From Lama guanicoe (lineage: Eukaryota): 64,000 nucleotides of DNA. How positions within the stretch are numbered: position 1 is the first letter of the stretch; every line of letters starts with the position of its first letter. The notes below the pieces were generated by a model. It made no database searches. It was not told where the DNA came from and was given only the letters and a program-made list of their open reading frames with translations. Position numbers and translations under genes: made by a program. The stretch lies in NCBI GenBank assembly GCA_013239625.1, contig MU053304.1:2604001-2668000 (forward strand), read 5' to 3'. Positions 1-12,711 of the stretch are shown here, piece after piece.

Positions 1-251
1 CACCAGTAGAAAGGACATAAAGGAACTCATTTATGAAACAGAGACAGACTTACAGACATAAAACACAAACTTACTGTTTCCAGGGGGGAAGAGGAATTGT
101 GGAGGGATAAATTGGGAGTTCAGACTGTGGATAATAACTACTATGTATAAAATAGATAAACAACAAGGTCCTACTGTACAGCACAGGGAACTATATTCAA
201 TACCCTGCAGTGGCTTATAATGAAAAAGAATATGAAAAGGAATATATATAC

Positions 252-286
<35 letters not shown>

Positions 287-381
287 TCTCACTATACTAT
301 ACACCAGAAAGAAGCACAACATTGCAAAGTGACTATAGTTCAATAAAAAATAAAAACAAAACAAAACAAAACGAAACAAAA
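1..381 (+). mobile_element. LINE-1 3' UTR end (artiodactyl/camelid type) with internal (TA)n and A-rich tail; continues beyond the left edge
   Basis: Typical L1 3' terminal motifs (aaaatagataaacaacaaggtcctactgtacagcacagggaactatattcaata), AATAAA and an (AAAAC)n tail. The same motifs recur at 14781-14985. Confidence 0.85.
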
Positions 382-613
382 GTGAGCAAATTGGAAAAGC
401 CTGACCTCCCTTGGTTTAACGTGGAGGGAGGGTTCAAAGGCACAGAATCCCCACCCTAGTTCCCTGATCTGTGGAGTGAGGGGTATCATGGTGAAAAAGG
501 TTAAGGACAAGCCATCAGAACTGCCTCTATCCAGAAAAATAGTAAATCAGAAGCAAGCCTGTATCCCTGGGGGAATACAGGTTGCAGAGATTAGGGTCAT
601 CACCAAGAACTCA
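382..613 (+). mobile_element. ERV-L internal fragment: short gag piece fused to a pro/pol piece
   Basis: 382-441 translates VSKLEKPDLPWFNVEG (ERV-L gag-like). 443-613 translates QNPHPSSLICGVRGIMVKKVKDKPSELPLSRKIVNQKQACIPGGIQVAEI, resembling the HERV-L/MERVL protease-RT junction as recalled. Confidence 0.8.
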
Positions 614-1227
614 AATTTTACTTTCTAAAAAATGTCTACTTGCCTTTAAATGATACATTTGTAAAATACAATTAATTACTAATTAATTACTAAATACAGT
701 ATTAATGACTAAAATACACAAAAGACATAAATGTATAAGATAATGTTTTTAAAGTTATTAGATAAAATGGACCAGAAATCCCACTCCATTATAAACATTT
801 CTAAATCCGTCACATACTGTGGCTATCTCAGCACTGCCTGGTACTAACGGTTTGCAGACGGGCACCTGGCCCGGCACTTTGATATCACTGCTGTGGCCAC
901 TGCCTACCATTCTAGCTGGCAAGTCCCTCAAGGAGAGGCCAGGGGAATTCACGGCTCACCGGGATGCACTTCCCTCACTCTGGTCTTGTGCCCCAAGTGC
1001 TGATGGCCCTCCTTGCTCTCTAGTTTTTCCCAACAGCAGGTGTCTGTTTCTGTTTTCATTTTTCAATCCAGCTTTTAGATTTTTCTCAGGAGAAGTATGA
1101 GTTGAATACCACCTATGCCATTTCAATCGTAGGAAAAAGCCCTATTAGATGGTTTTTAGTATTTGCTTTCCTATTTCCCTTCAAACACTGCACCTTCTTG
1201 AGGACAATCATCAAACCTGTACTACTT

Positions 1228-1428
1228 TAGGGTCAAGAAACTACAGCCTACTACCTGCAGCTTGATTTTGTGAGTGTTTCCTGGAATATAACCACTCACT
1301 TCCTGACTGTGATTCATGGCTGATGCACTTTCCACTGGCAGAGGTGTGCATTTATGACAGACTGTGTGACCTGCATCACATATAATATTTACCAATTGCT
1401 TCTTTACCGAGAAAGTTTGGCGACTCCT
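1228..1428 (+). mobile_element. MER58A-like hAT-Charlie MITE
   Basis: Degenerate termini agggtcaagaaactac ... gaaagtttggcgactcc and internal similarity to the recalled MER58A consensus. Confidence 0.7.
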
Positions 1429-1473
1429 CCTCTATTTCATCCGTATTTTCCTGTACCTCCTGGAATTTTCAGG

Positions 1474-1565
1474 CATTCATGCAGCCATGCACTCATTCAA
1501 CAAACATTTATTAAAAGCTGCCTACGAACCAGGAACTGAGCAATATTCTTGAGATACAAAGATAG
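1474..1565 (-). mobile_element. L2 3' end fragment
   Basis: cattcaacaaacatttatt...ccaggaactgag is the reverse complement of the L2 terminus. Confidence 0.65.
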
Positions 1566-2140
1566 AAGGATACAATTTTTAAAATTGTGGCATGTAATGT
1601 ACTGTGCACAATAATTTCTATTGACTGAGGGTTAAAAGACAATTCTGAGCATAGCATTTATTATTCTGGGTTGGGAAAGTTATTAATATATTATCTTAGG
1701 CCTTGGTGTTATTATTGTGATCTTATTTCTGATACTCTCAGACAGAGAGGGATCTAGAACATTCAGTTTGCTCATATGGACATGCTAAGTCATGCTCACC
1801 ACTTCCTTTCATCATCATGATGATCTTTCATTTAAACGTACATTTATATGTTTTCACTGAAACAAATACAAATATTTCAAAGGCAACTTTTTTTAATTTC
1901 ATAAAAATATATAACCTTTTCATGTCTATCTGGTTGGTGAAAACAGAATCCACTTTTTTCTTCTGACATTGTTTGGATTTGAGTTTCTCATCTCACTAAT
2001 GAACATTCAAATAACCATTAGTTGTCATGAGGCAGAGCATTTTCTTGCTAAAATTGCTTCTTATTTGCATGATACATTTCTTCATTTCATAAACTGTTTT
2101 AAAGTGAGAGTATATTATTATCCAAATGATTTATTCTTGC

Positions 2141-2222
2141 GGGAGGGTATAGCTCAGTGGTAAATCCTGCGCTTAGCATGTGTGACGTCCTGGGTTCAAT
2201 CTCCAGTACCCCCATAAAAAAA
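2141..2222 (+). mobile_element. tRNA-derived SINE (camelid Vic-1-like)
   Basis: gggagggtatagctcagtgg (A box) ... gggttcaatctcc (B box), A-tail; diverged TSD caaatgatttattctt (2123-2138) / caaataatctaatctt (2225-2240). Confidence 0.85.
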
Positions 2223-2811
2223 TGCAAATAATCTAATCTTAATTTTTTGAATCACTTATTTTCTTTACACTCCTTAAAATAAGATGACAATCTGGAGTCC
2301 AAATCTGTGTGTAGTCATATCACAAAATAATCCACACTCCTGGATGCATGATGAGACCAACTTGACTCACATAAACCACAAGCAGACACATGCACCTCTT
2401 GTTTCCTCTGGAAGTAGTTCACTGTCTATCACTCTCAACAGAGCTGTCACCTAGTAAATACACATAATGGGAGATTCATGAACCATGGTGGCATGAAAAA
2501 GTGTTTTTGTAGCAGCAGAAATGTAACTAGCTGAAGCTTCAGGAGTGTCCTTGAAGGGAAAAACAAACCCGAGGCAACATTTCTCAGGCAATTGCTACAT
2601 TTGTATGAAATTCTCCAACTTTTCTCACACTTCAAACACTTCACAGACTCCTGAAGAATTTGTTCTAAGAATTTGCTCCTGATTGCCTCTAGACATCTGA
2701 ATGTTTATCTTCCTGTCTGTAAAGGTAGCACTTTAACACTTATTGATATGCAATTAATATTAATATTTAATTTCTAATTATTAAATTTGACAACTTTCCT
2801 AACAGCAGAGT

Positions 2812-2942
2812 GGGAATTATCCAGGAGCTTGTTAGAAATGCAGATTCTCTGGTTCTGCCCCAGACACACTGAATTGGAACTGGCTCTTTTAACAAGATCC
2901 CCAGGTACCTGGCAAGCATGTCAAAGTCTGCAAAGCCTTGGT
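2812..2942. mobile_element. MER5A-like hAT-Charlie MITE
   Basis: gagcttgttagaaatgcagattct...ccccagac...ttttaacaagatccccaggt motifs. Confidence 0.7.
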
Positions 2943-3736
2943 TAAGATTTTGAAGATGATGGAGCATAAAATCATTCCCAACACTATCAGGGAGGATTCC
3001 TAAGATTCCATTTCCTGTGGAGCAGGATCAATGGCTTTCACAGTGGGGCTGAAGAGGGGTGGGCAGAGGGTGGGCAGCTGAGGATGGGTGGGAAGAAGTG
3101 AGCATGGCTTGTGTTGGCCAAGAGACTCTTCACTTCCTTGGCCAAGGCTCTTCTGGTTAAAGGAAATGTCTTCCATTAAGACAATGCAGGAGATGAGTGC
3201 TTATTTCTCTGCTGCTCCTTATTGCTCTTTGCACTTTTTCGGAGCACAGGCAGTTCCAGAAACCTTCCCCAAGCTCCAGGGCACTTCACTCCTAACCATG
3301 AAAATGTGGTTATTTATACACAGGTTTTACTTCCCCCACTGGGTGGTTACATTGCCTGAGGGTAGAACCCATGTTTTCTTAAATCTCCACATGGCCAAGG
3401 ATAATATTGTGCACATTGTAGGCCCCAATTAACATATGTCCAAAGGCAGAAAAGAGAAATTTCTGAAAGCTAGAAGACAGTAATCCTCGATAAAGGGGTC
3501 CATTACTTGTAAGTTAATAATGAACCCCCTAAAAGAAAAGGACAAAGGACAGAATGTTGTGATCTCATTAGAGGTGGATGCACACCTGTTAGCTGAGAAT
3601 TTTCAGCTCTAATTATTCCACCAGCTATAAAATCACCTATGTCATCTTCTCTCCAGTTTTTATTTCTCTAGTGGATTAGGAAAAATGACACATTTTATTA
3701 AATACTTTGCCTTGCTGATCAAGTTGTAATATTTCT

Positions 3737-3840
3737 TTTAAAAAATGAAAACAAATATATGTATGTATATACATGACTGGGACATTGTGCTGTACATCAG
3801 AGATTGACACATTGTTATTGACTGCACTTCAATAAAAAAA
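3737..3840 (+). mobile_element. Extremely 5'-truncated L1 (about 100 bp of the 3' end)
   Basis: L1 terminal motif tgctgtacatcagagattgacacattgt plus AATAAA/A tail; TSD aagttgtaatatttct (3721-3736) / aagttacaatatttct (3839-3854). Confidence 0.8.
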
Positions 3841-4789
3841 GTTACAATATTTCTATCCCTTTCCCCTTTTGTGCTAGTACAGGAAGTTACAGAAAAGGAA
3901 GTTCGTCTGGGATTTCATTCAATATATTTTTTTAAACATCTATCGATGTCGGAGTTCTGTCTAGTCTTTAATGAACACACACACTAGAATGGAGAGTTCT
4001 TTTCTTCTCTCCCTTGTGGTCATGAACCATCCATTCAGTAACACTCCCTAGAATTAAGTAAGACAGTGCAGGTAAAGAGGAAACATTGTGCTTCCTTCCC
4101 ATAGTGGCTTTCAGTTGGTTCTCCATGGAGTTTTAGGTACTCCAGGGAGATGCCAAAAGTTTCAGTCTAATATAAAAAACAAAGTGACAGGAGGGATTTT
4201 TGTGGAAACTTAGGTTATGTAGTTGAGACATTTCTTTTGATCCAAATTAACATAGGGACCAAAACAGAAGGGATTTTGGATATTGGCCATGCTTGGTGAC
4301 ATCCTCTCTATTTTCTTCAACTATTATTTAATTCTTTTAGAGCTATTTATCTTTTATAAATTTAACCAGTCTCATCACTTCCCATTAAGCTGTCAGTTTC
4401 CTAAGGAAAGAGGACATTTTTATTCTTCTTTTAAAACTCTAGTACAGCACTTTGCCCAATGTTAGAAGACAAAATTACTTGAGGAGTAATGACTTTTGGC
4501 AGGCACCTAAGAGGACAGATGTTCAGAGAACCAACAAAAAGTAGGGAAATTACAAGAGAAAATTGTGTTAGAGATCAAGTAAGTGATGCTGCTCATAATT
4601 TTGCCTTGGGTAGGCCTTGGGCTCACTCTATCCCTCTAGAAATTGGGGCACATTAGGTCATCAAAATTGCCTCATTTCCAAAGCCTTTTTACAGGCAATG
4701 TAGAAGCAATCAAATGTAATTCACAAATTGGAATTTGACCCAAAGGTGAAATTAATTGCCTGCTCAATTATACACCAGATATTTAGCAT

Positions 4790-4950
4790 GTATGATCCCA
4801 TATTTAATTCTCAAACATCCCATGAAGTGATTATTACTGTTGGTTCTATTCTACAGATGAAGAAAGGGAAGCATGGAGAGAATTGGCCCAAAGTAAACAG
4901 TGGAACAAGGAAATTCCAGGCAGCCTGATTGAAAGACCCTGCACTCTCTC
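4790..4950 (-). mobile_element. MIR SINE fragment
   Basis: Reverse MIR core: attctacagatgaagaaa...ggcccaaagt...ccaggcagcctga. Confidence 0.6.
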
Positions 4951-6809
4951 AACTTCTCATTCTGTGCTCCATTCCTCCCAATATATAAGAATATTTAATA
5001 TAGACAATCTTTAATGCAGTGTCACAATACATTTATGTTTGAAGAGTGTAACTGCTTGTCCCTTGACTCAGCCTGCTTGAGGCTCTTGTGTGCTGTCTGT
5101 ATAGAGAATGGAAAATTGCACTGTTCTGGGGTGTTGGGATCATCTTCTATTCAGAAGACTAAGTCTGTTACAGTAAAGAAAAAAAAAAAGATAATTACAA
5201 GGAGAAAAGTTATGTTCCAAATACATATATAATCATACTGGTTAGTGTAATACAATATGAAATCTATATCAATCTATCTGTCCATCTATATACACATACA
5301 TATGTATGTATAATTGATTGCCATTTACAATCAGTTACACCTGCAAAGTCATTGTCTTAGTCATAAGATTAGTATAAGCGTAAATAAAAAGGAGAAATAC
5401 CTTAAGATAGCCTTGATGAAAATTACAACAAGAGTTATACCCAAATGGGAAAGTTAGGTATAACAACTCTCTCTCCCAACGTTACGTTTAGTACTTTTAG
5501 TGTAATGTGTCAAGAAATATGCAAAACATTTTCTTAAATTGATCCAATATACTAAAAATAAAAAAAATACAGTTAAAACTAATCCAATTCAGCATTTATT
5601 ATTTGTTGGTTCAATATCAAAAATTCTAATATATGAGCTTTAATGATAAAAACAATTAACCAGCCAGGAGTTCATCATGGAAAAATGCTATGGTGATTGA
5701 TCTCCATTTCAGAACTCTTAAATCTCTCTCAGCTTAAAGCAGACAATTACTTCAAAGATACTGCATTATTATTTGCTCCTGGTGCAGCAGGCATCAACAA
5801 CATAATTTACATACCTGAATATGCATTAAGTTCTCACTCAACATAGCATCTAAAAATTAATTTAACTCAATATGTTATAGTAAAAAAACTCTCTGAAATA
5901 TGTGTTAAATATGAATAAACATTTTAGTAGAACCAACTTTGAGAAGTCTAATCAGGCATCATTATGCCTAAACAAAAAATATAGCTTTTTACTTTACCAA
6001 ATCAGTTTTTTTACAAAAAAAAGGTGAAGGGCTTAGGTATAGTCTGATGGATTTATCATACAGGTAGCCATTTAGAGATTAGTGGCTTTAGTTTTTAGTT
6101 TGCAATGTCTATATCAAAGAAGTTAATTGGCTCATTGCCTCAAAGATCATTTTACCTTGGGGAAGCGCTGTTGTTTTTGAGTGCTCTCAGATCCATGATA
6201 TCAGTATATTTTCTTGAGAGTCTGATGGCCAGGTGTAAAGTTCTCATCATTGTCATAAGAAGTTGAAGAATACTGTATTTGGTTGTATCTTTTTATTTGA
6301 ATTCTTAGTTACACTTAATCAGATAAGGCACTGATTGTTTAGATCTCTTAGTTAATAATCGTTTCCCTGTTTCACTTTTAACAGAGAAAAAATTTTAAGA
6401 TTGATGTTTATTTTATATACTTTATTTTATATTTGTATAAAATATGTTCATATTTTATTATATTTATATTATATTTTTATGCAGCACACTTTAAATACAA
6501 GGTGTGCTCATATAGACAGGCCCTACGTAAAGAGAATACAGAGTCTCATTATGATTATATACTGGTATTATCATTGTGGTGATAAACATTAGAGTTATTG
6601 CTACTCAGTATAAAAAACACCAAATAAATGAGTTGATATAGCATCATGTACTGCCTGGTGCTCCTACATGATGCACTGAAAAGTCTGTACTGAGCAAGTC
6701 TTATATGTACAGAATTGGAGTAAGAGTGAAATATAAGACAAAGAAAATGTTAACCCTAAATATGGCAGAAAAAAGGAGAACATTTAAAACAGCATTTCAA
6801 GTTCATAAA

Positions 6810-6990
6810 AAGCTTTCCATATATTACCTCATTTCATTTTTACTACGGTCTTAAAATTAGACAGGAAAGATAGCAGCATATGCATTTTCAGACAAAGTGC
6901 TCGTGCAGAAGGAGGTTGGACAGCTTGGCCATCATCACCAAGCTAACAGATGGCAGTGCTGGGGCTTGACCTTGGTGCTCTTAATTCCAG
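6810..6990 (-). mobile_element. MIR SINE fragment
   Basis: cattttcagaca...cagcttggcca...agatggcagtgctggggcttgac, a reverse MIR core. Confidence 0.55.
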
Positions 6991-7235
6991 ATGGAGAGAG
7001 ATTTCTTTTGTTTTAGTTATTGTAACCTACATTGTATTAGACATGGACTGTTGCTGTAAGGATGTTTGATGATGTAGCACAAGAAGTAGCTCATACTTCT
7101 ACTTAATGGAACATTACATTTTCATTTTTAACTCCAAGCACGAAGGATCTCTTTCTAACAAAAAAGTAGTAGGAAGCTCATCCAAATACAAAAGGATACA
7201 ATGAAATTTCGAGCCTTATAAATAAAATGTAACAT

Positions 7236-7295
7236 CCCTTCCTTCCTTCCTCCCTTCCTTCCTTCCTTCCTTCCTTCCCTTCTTCATGCCTTCCT
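7236..7295. repeat. (CCTT)n microsatellite
   Basis: Directly visible. Confidence 0.9.
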
Positions 7296-7314
7296 TTGTT
7301 TCTTCTCTGAAACA

Positions 7315-7975
7315 TTATGTACTTCTGTTGGGGGTATAAAATAGTGCAGTCACTTTGGAGAACAGTATGGTAGTTTCTGAAATGTAAACATATAGTTACC
7401 ACAGAATAAAAAATTCCACTTCTAGATATATATCAAATATAAATGAAAACACAAGTCCATACAAAAACTTATAAACAAACATTAATAGCCACATTATTCA
7501 TAGTAACCAAAAAGTGGAAACAACCCAAATATTCATCAACCAATAGGTGGATAAACAAAATCTGACATATCTATACAATGGGATATCATTCGGCCATGAA
7601 AAAGCATAAACTACTGACCCATGCTACATTATGGATGAATCACGAAATAGTATGCTAAGTAAAAGAAATCAGACTAATGGACCACATATTGTATAATTCC
7701 ATTTATATGAAATATCTGGAAAAGGCAAATTTATAGAGACAGAAAGTAGTTTGATTGTTGCTTAGGGCTGGGGAAGGGAGAGACTATGGAGAGATTAGAT
7801 GACAGCTAAGGAGTCCATGTTTCTTTTTAGGGGAATGGATAGTCTAAAATTGATTGTGGTTATGGATACACAACTCTGTAAATACACTAAAAGCTACTGA
7901 ATTGTACACTATAAATGGGTAAATTATGTGGCATGTGAATTATACTCAATCAAACTGTTACAAAATTTTAAAAAG
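7315..7975 (+). mobile_element. Old L1 (L1MB-type) 3' region
   Basis: Motifs aaaagtggaaacaacccaaat, atgctaagtaaaagaaatcagac, atagagacagaaagtag, and a terminal gaattgtacact...gtgaattatactcaat. Confidence 0.85.
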
Positions 7976-8035
7976 TTAGTTGATGAAGACAACATATGAA
8001 GAACTCCTTATAAAAATAAACATATAGGACAAAAG

Positions 8036-8083
8036 ATAGAAGGAAGGAAGAAAGGAAGGAAGGAAGGAAGGAAGGAAGGAAGG
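8036..8083. repeat. (GAAG)n microsatellite
   Basis: Directly visible. Confidence 0.9.
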
Positions 8084-9717
8084 ACTCCACAGAGGTTTAC
8101 TATATGCAGCTTGGGTGAAGCAGGCAAGGGAGTGGGAAAGAAGAAAACCACATACTGAGATAATGTTAGTTTCCCATTTGGTGGTGGATTCAAGGGTGTT
8201 TATTACACTATTAAAACAAACAAAAATATTTTCTAAAAGATAGCTCTTCTCAATGAACAGTGATGATATTGGGCCACAAACCAGGATTATGATTAATCCA
8301 GTTCTGTTGACTTAAGGTCCAGAAAATAAAATAACTCATGATCTGAAACGATAGGAGAAGGAGGAAAGCCTTTGAAAACACATGAGGATGTAGGTGGCAG
8401 AATTTATAAAAGTAGATTTGTTTTCCACCTAAGGTTTCCATTAATGTTGGATTAATCAGTCACAATCAAAACATCAACAGTCAGAACTGTAACCAAACAG
8501 TCACTTCATGGTAACTCTGAAGAGCAGTTCAGTGGTTGAAGTATGAACTGAATGACACAGATTAATTAAACCTCTTAATATTCTCATTGGTAAAAGAAGA
8601 TCATTGGACTGGATGATTTATGAACTCCACACTGGCTCTCGGATTTGATCCATCTGAGACTTCTAAATGCCATCTCTTCTAGGAGGCTATACCTTATTAC
8701 TCGGGTGTCTTGACCACTATGATGAGCTGAGATGTTACTGTAGATAGTCTCCCTGGGTCTACGTGCCCACTCTATGAAAATATCAACAAGTATGAAAAAA
8801 CTTCATGTCCCAATAGAGTTGATAAACATTGTTTTCAAAAGAAAATAATTTAGCCGTGATGTGAGAATTTAGAGGTAAACATTCTTTTCTTCCCTCTGTA
8901 ATATTGGTCTGTCAATAATAGTTACCTGACTAAACGAAGATGATAAAAGAAAACTGATAAACATTTCAGAAGGCTGCTATAGAAAATGAAGGTGGAACAT
9001 GGACTAGAAAAATGAGGAGATAATTTTTCTGTAATTACTGTTTGATATTAGCTTTTCTATCAACATTGATTAATTACAATTTTTAAAAAAGAATATATTA
9101 TTGGAATATTGGGCTGCAGTGCAGCTAAGATTAAAATTAACAGCTGGAGTGTTGGTGAGGTAGCTATGTTTCTTGGCACCAATCTTGTTATTCATTTAGG
9201 AATGTCATTTAAAATGTTGTTAATTGGCAACTAATGGTGTACGGTCTCATTGCAGTGAACACATCCCTTCACATCATGATGAGTCTGTGCCTCCAGCTGA
9301 AGATTCCATGTGGTCTAATGACTATATCCAGATATAAGGGGAGCCTGCTTCCTAATTGGGATCAAACCAAGTCTTTAAGACAAAAATATCATCTATAATT
9401 ATAGAATATTAGAGTTGGAAAAAATTTGCCAAAACTCTTCGTTTTATAAATGAGAAAACTGGTGCCCAAGGTGGCTAAATAATTTCTACTTGATCATTTA
9501 ATTTGAGATGGTCGAGGATTGCAAATATCCCAACTCTTTATTTGTTTTATGTTTATTGCACAGAATATAACAGACCACTATAATTATTTGCCCCAATTCT
9601 GAATTCTTACAAAGCTGTATTTCTAAACATTTGGTAATCAATTCTCCACTCCTAAATGCTGCGTAAAACAATCCCTGAAAATGCTGAAACTAAACTTGCT
9701 TTTCCCACAATATTGCC

Positions 9718-10377
9718 TGTCAAAGCAAAAATTGCAGGAGACAAACGGAAGAAAGAGTTTATTCAAGGCAGTTGCAGCTATTGCAATAAGAGAGAGAGAA
9801 ACAGACAGACAGTCAGACAGACATAGAGACAGAGACAGAGAAAGAAACAAAGAGTTCAGAACTAAGTCTGAGATCAATCCCACTAAAACAAAGGGTGGTA
9901 GAGCTTTTAAAAGCCGGGGCAAGGGGATTGTAGGCAATGTGTGTTTGCTAATTGGCTTTGCCCAAAGGAAAAGTAAACTTTCTCCTGTCTCTCCTATCTT
10001 TATGACAGGAGGCAGTTTTACAACTTGGTGCTGGAGGCCCATGGAAGCTAGGTTCCCGTTCCCCACAGAGACTGATAAACAAGGTCATTCCTTTCCTTGT
10101 TAATTATGTTTCAAAGGGATAACTCCCAGGTTCTTCATAAAGATAATCCTGGGTTTTAAAACTAGCAAGTGGCTTCTGAAAATATTTTTGTCTCAAAAGG
10201 GCAGAGAGTTTATAGTTTTAAATTTTTAAAAGTAAATATTCCGAGAAGAGGGAGACAGAGGAACCTCTGTGGTTAGACCAACTGGATACTGGAATGAGAG
10301 GCAGCTCAGGGTCACAGAGGCAGGAAGAAGTCTGTCTACAGTTTAAACCGAGGGCAACTTCAGGGCGATCTTGATCA
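9718..10377 (-). mobile_element. Solo ERV1-class LTR (MER31/MER67-like)
   Basis: TG...CA termini and an exact 4-bp TSD tgcc (9714-9717, 10378-10381). The minus strand begins tgatcaagatcgccctgaagttgccctc...tagacagacttcttcctg, like recalled MER31/MER67. Internal (GA/GACA) repeat. Confidence 0.7.
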
Positions 10378-10687
10378 TGCCCAAGGATGGCTTTTCAAAG
10401 TAAGCTGATGTCACTGTTTATAATGCTAATTACAACAGAATCATCCACAGTCACATAATCAGCCAAAGTGATTTGAAGCATGAACAGAACTGCACTACCC
10501 TGTAAAGACTTGGCAATCAACTTAGGGTGTAGACATTTGGAAGATTCTACATTCTCTTCTCACGTGAAGAGCCAGCCATTCTCTGTGTATCTTGTGGGGA
10601 AAGACACAGGATGAGTGTGCTAATTCTTCTCTCATCTCATCATTTCTAATCTATAAATTTACACATCCAGATTTCAGAATATTTTTG

Positions 10688-11039
10688 GGGGGGGGTCATT
10701 ATTTATTTATGACAAACATTCCACATCCATGATCGTCTCCAGTCTCAAAAGTTCTTTGAGACGATGCTGTCCGCCTTGGCCAGTCAGAGAACGGAATCAT
10801 CTGACTTCCCCTTGAGCGAATGGCCCCTCAGACAGCCTAAGTTTTAAACAGGCCATTGACCCTGCCTGTGACCTTGTCGACCTCGGCCACGTTCTTCTGG
10901 CCGGACGCGTGGTCCTCGGCGCAGATGATGCGGTTGCTGGCGGAGCACGTCCGCGGCACGTACAGGTCCAGCGACTTGCCGACGTGGTCCTGCACGCTGA
11001 GGGCGCACCTCGCGGCACCACAAGGAGAGTGCAGAAAAG
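10688..11039 (-). pseudogene. RPS21: Full-length processed pseudogene of 40S ribosomal protein S21 (eS21)
   Basis: 10995 to 10745 reads [58 protein letters not shown], then after a frameshift SDDSVL*LAKADSIVSKNF*. RPS21 is [83 protein letters not shown]. Intronless, ATG changed to GTG, three internal stops, AATAAA at 10702-10707, near-identical TSD cagaat(a)atttttg at 10675-10687 and 11040-11053. Confidence 0.96.
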
Positions 11040-12711
11040 CAGAATAATTTTTGTTTACCACTTCAGGTCCCCAAATTTATTTTCCTCACCTGAACACCAT
11101 CATACTCTGCAGAGTAAACAAGCAAACAAACAAACAAAACGCTGCTAGAATAACTGGGAGTAGCCTCACCAAAGAAAGGAAGGACCGTTTTGGGAGAGAA
11201 TGAGTCTAACCTTTCCCCACCCCCACTTCTGGTTAGAACTGTATTCATGGCAACATTGCAGTTTTGTGAAAACTCAATTTCCAGATTTTTAAAAATTTTA
11301 GAACATTTTGGCAGTAAAGCCACTTCAACCATTTTTATTCTTTCCTCTAAATTATAATTTTCAGATAAAATGGTGATTTTAAAATTATATTTAATGCTAG
11401 CACTTTATTACTACCAGTTTTTTGCATGTGGATTATTGATAATATTTACTAAATTTAGTTTTCTGTTGTTTTCTGTCTTTTTTTCCTTTATAGTTACACA
11501 AGAGAGATTATTCTTCATTTGTATTCAGAATTATTAATTGAATGGACAACTTGAAAGAGTTTTAAAAATACTTTAACCAACAGATGTCCAATACAGCAGT
11601 CTAAGAATTAATTAAATTCTTTCTAATAATGCAAAACCATTGTTAAATAAAATCCCATGCTTAAGTTATTTTGTGTACCCTTAGTTCCTAATCATTTTCA
11701 AGAGAAGCAGCAACTGTTTATTTCCTGTAAGCACTTTTACCCTAGTAGGGACGTGGCTTTCAGTTTCCAAGATGGTGAATCCAGCCTGGGCTTTGACTAC
11801 TTCCACTGAGAAAGGTGGGGTTAATGTGGGGTCTCGCTGAATGACTAAAGCACAATATGAGAAAGGTCTGGGAGATTGAAGGCCCAACATAGGGGAGAAT
11901 TGGTGGCCTGGAGGGGAGAGATGATGGACATAAGGGAGAGATTCAGGGGAGAGAAGCAGGGTGATACAGCCAGGTCTCATTGTCCCTGGAGAATCATGAC
12001 CAGAAGCTGCCGCCTGGATGGAAAGGCACACCTAAGGGCATTCCTGAGGGGGATAATTGTACCGAAGCTGTCATCTCTACCACTACTTGTGGAAACTTTG
12101 GCAAGTGCTCCTGGGCTGAGCCAGGCACACAAAAAGGGCATGGAAGAGTCTTGGTCAAAATCACGTCGAGCTCTGATCCCCAAATTTGGCTGTGGCTGTG
12201 TTATTAGGCGACAGGTAGCAGTGCCATCCAGAAGCAGAAGAAAAATGAAGGCTGGTGTCAAAACTGAAGAGAAGAATATGTGTTGGTGTTTCCATCATTT
12301 CCTGAGCTTTACTTCCTGACCCCTCAGACAACTGTAAAAGAGGGAGTGGTCCCCAGAGTAGGCAGATGCCTGGGACAGAGGCATGAGAAGGAAGGGAGAG
12401 GGGACAGGGAGACCAAGGAAAACCAAGTGGCACGTGGTTAAGCCCAGAGCTCTTCAGTAGAGCTAGCTAGGAGGCTCAGCCTGCTGGGCCCACAAATTTC
12501 CACAAAGGCTCTGATTAGTTTTTCTTCCAAGGTCACCATCCCAAGCACAGGCAGGGAATAGAGTCTCAGGGGAATAAAGTTGGGATCAAGGTTAAGAGAG
12601 ACACAGAGAAAGAATCATTCACACAGTGAAGTCTGTAAATTTGAGTATTTGAGGCTATCCAAGTGAACAATTAAACCAACCAAATAGAAGAGACATTTGA
12701 AGGAGTGAACT

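Noticed and set aside
2141..2210. tRNA gene-like sequence (also at 21830-21903 and 33620-33690)
   Set aside because: A and B boxes are present, but A-rich tails, a TSD at the first copy and divergence identify these as SINEs, not tRNA genes.
9638..10103. Opposing ORFs of about 140 aa
   Set aside because: They run through an LTR and a GA microsatellite.
11876..12319. 147-aa ORF and overlapping ORFs in a GC-richer patch
   Set aside because: No recognisable protein similarity or exon structure; consistent with chance.
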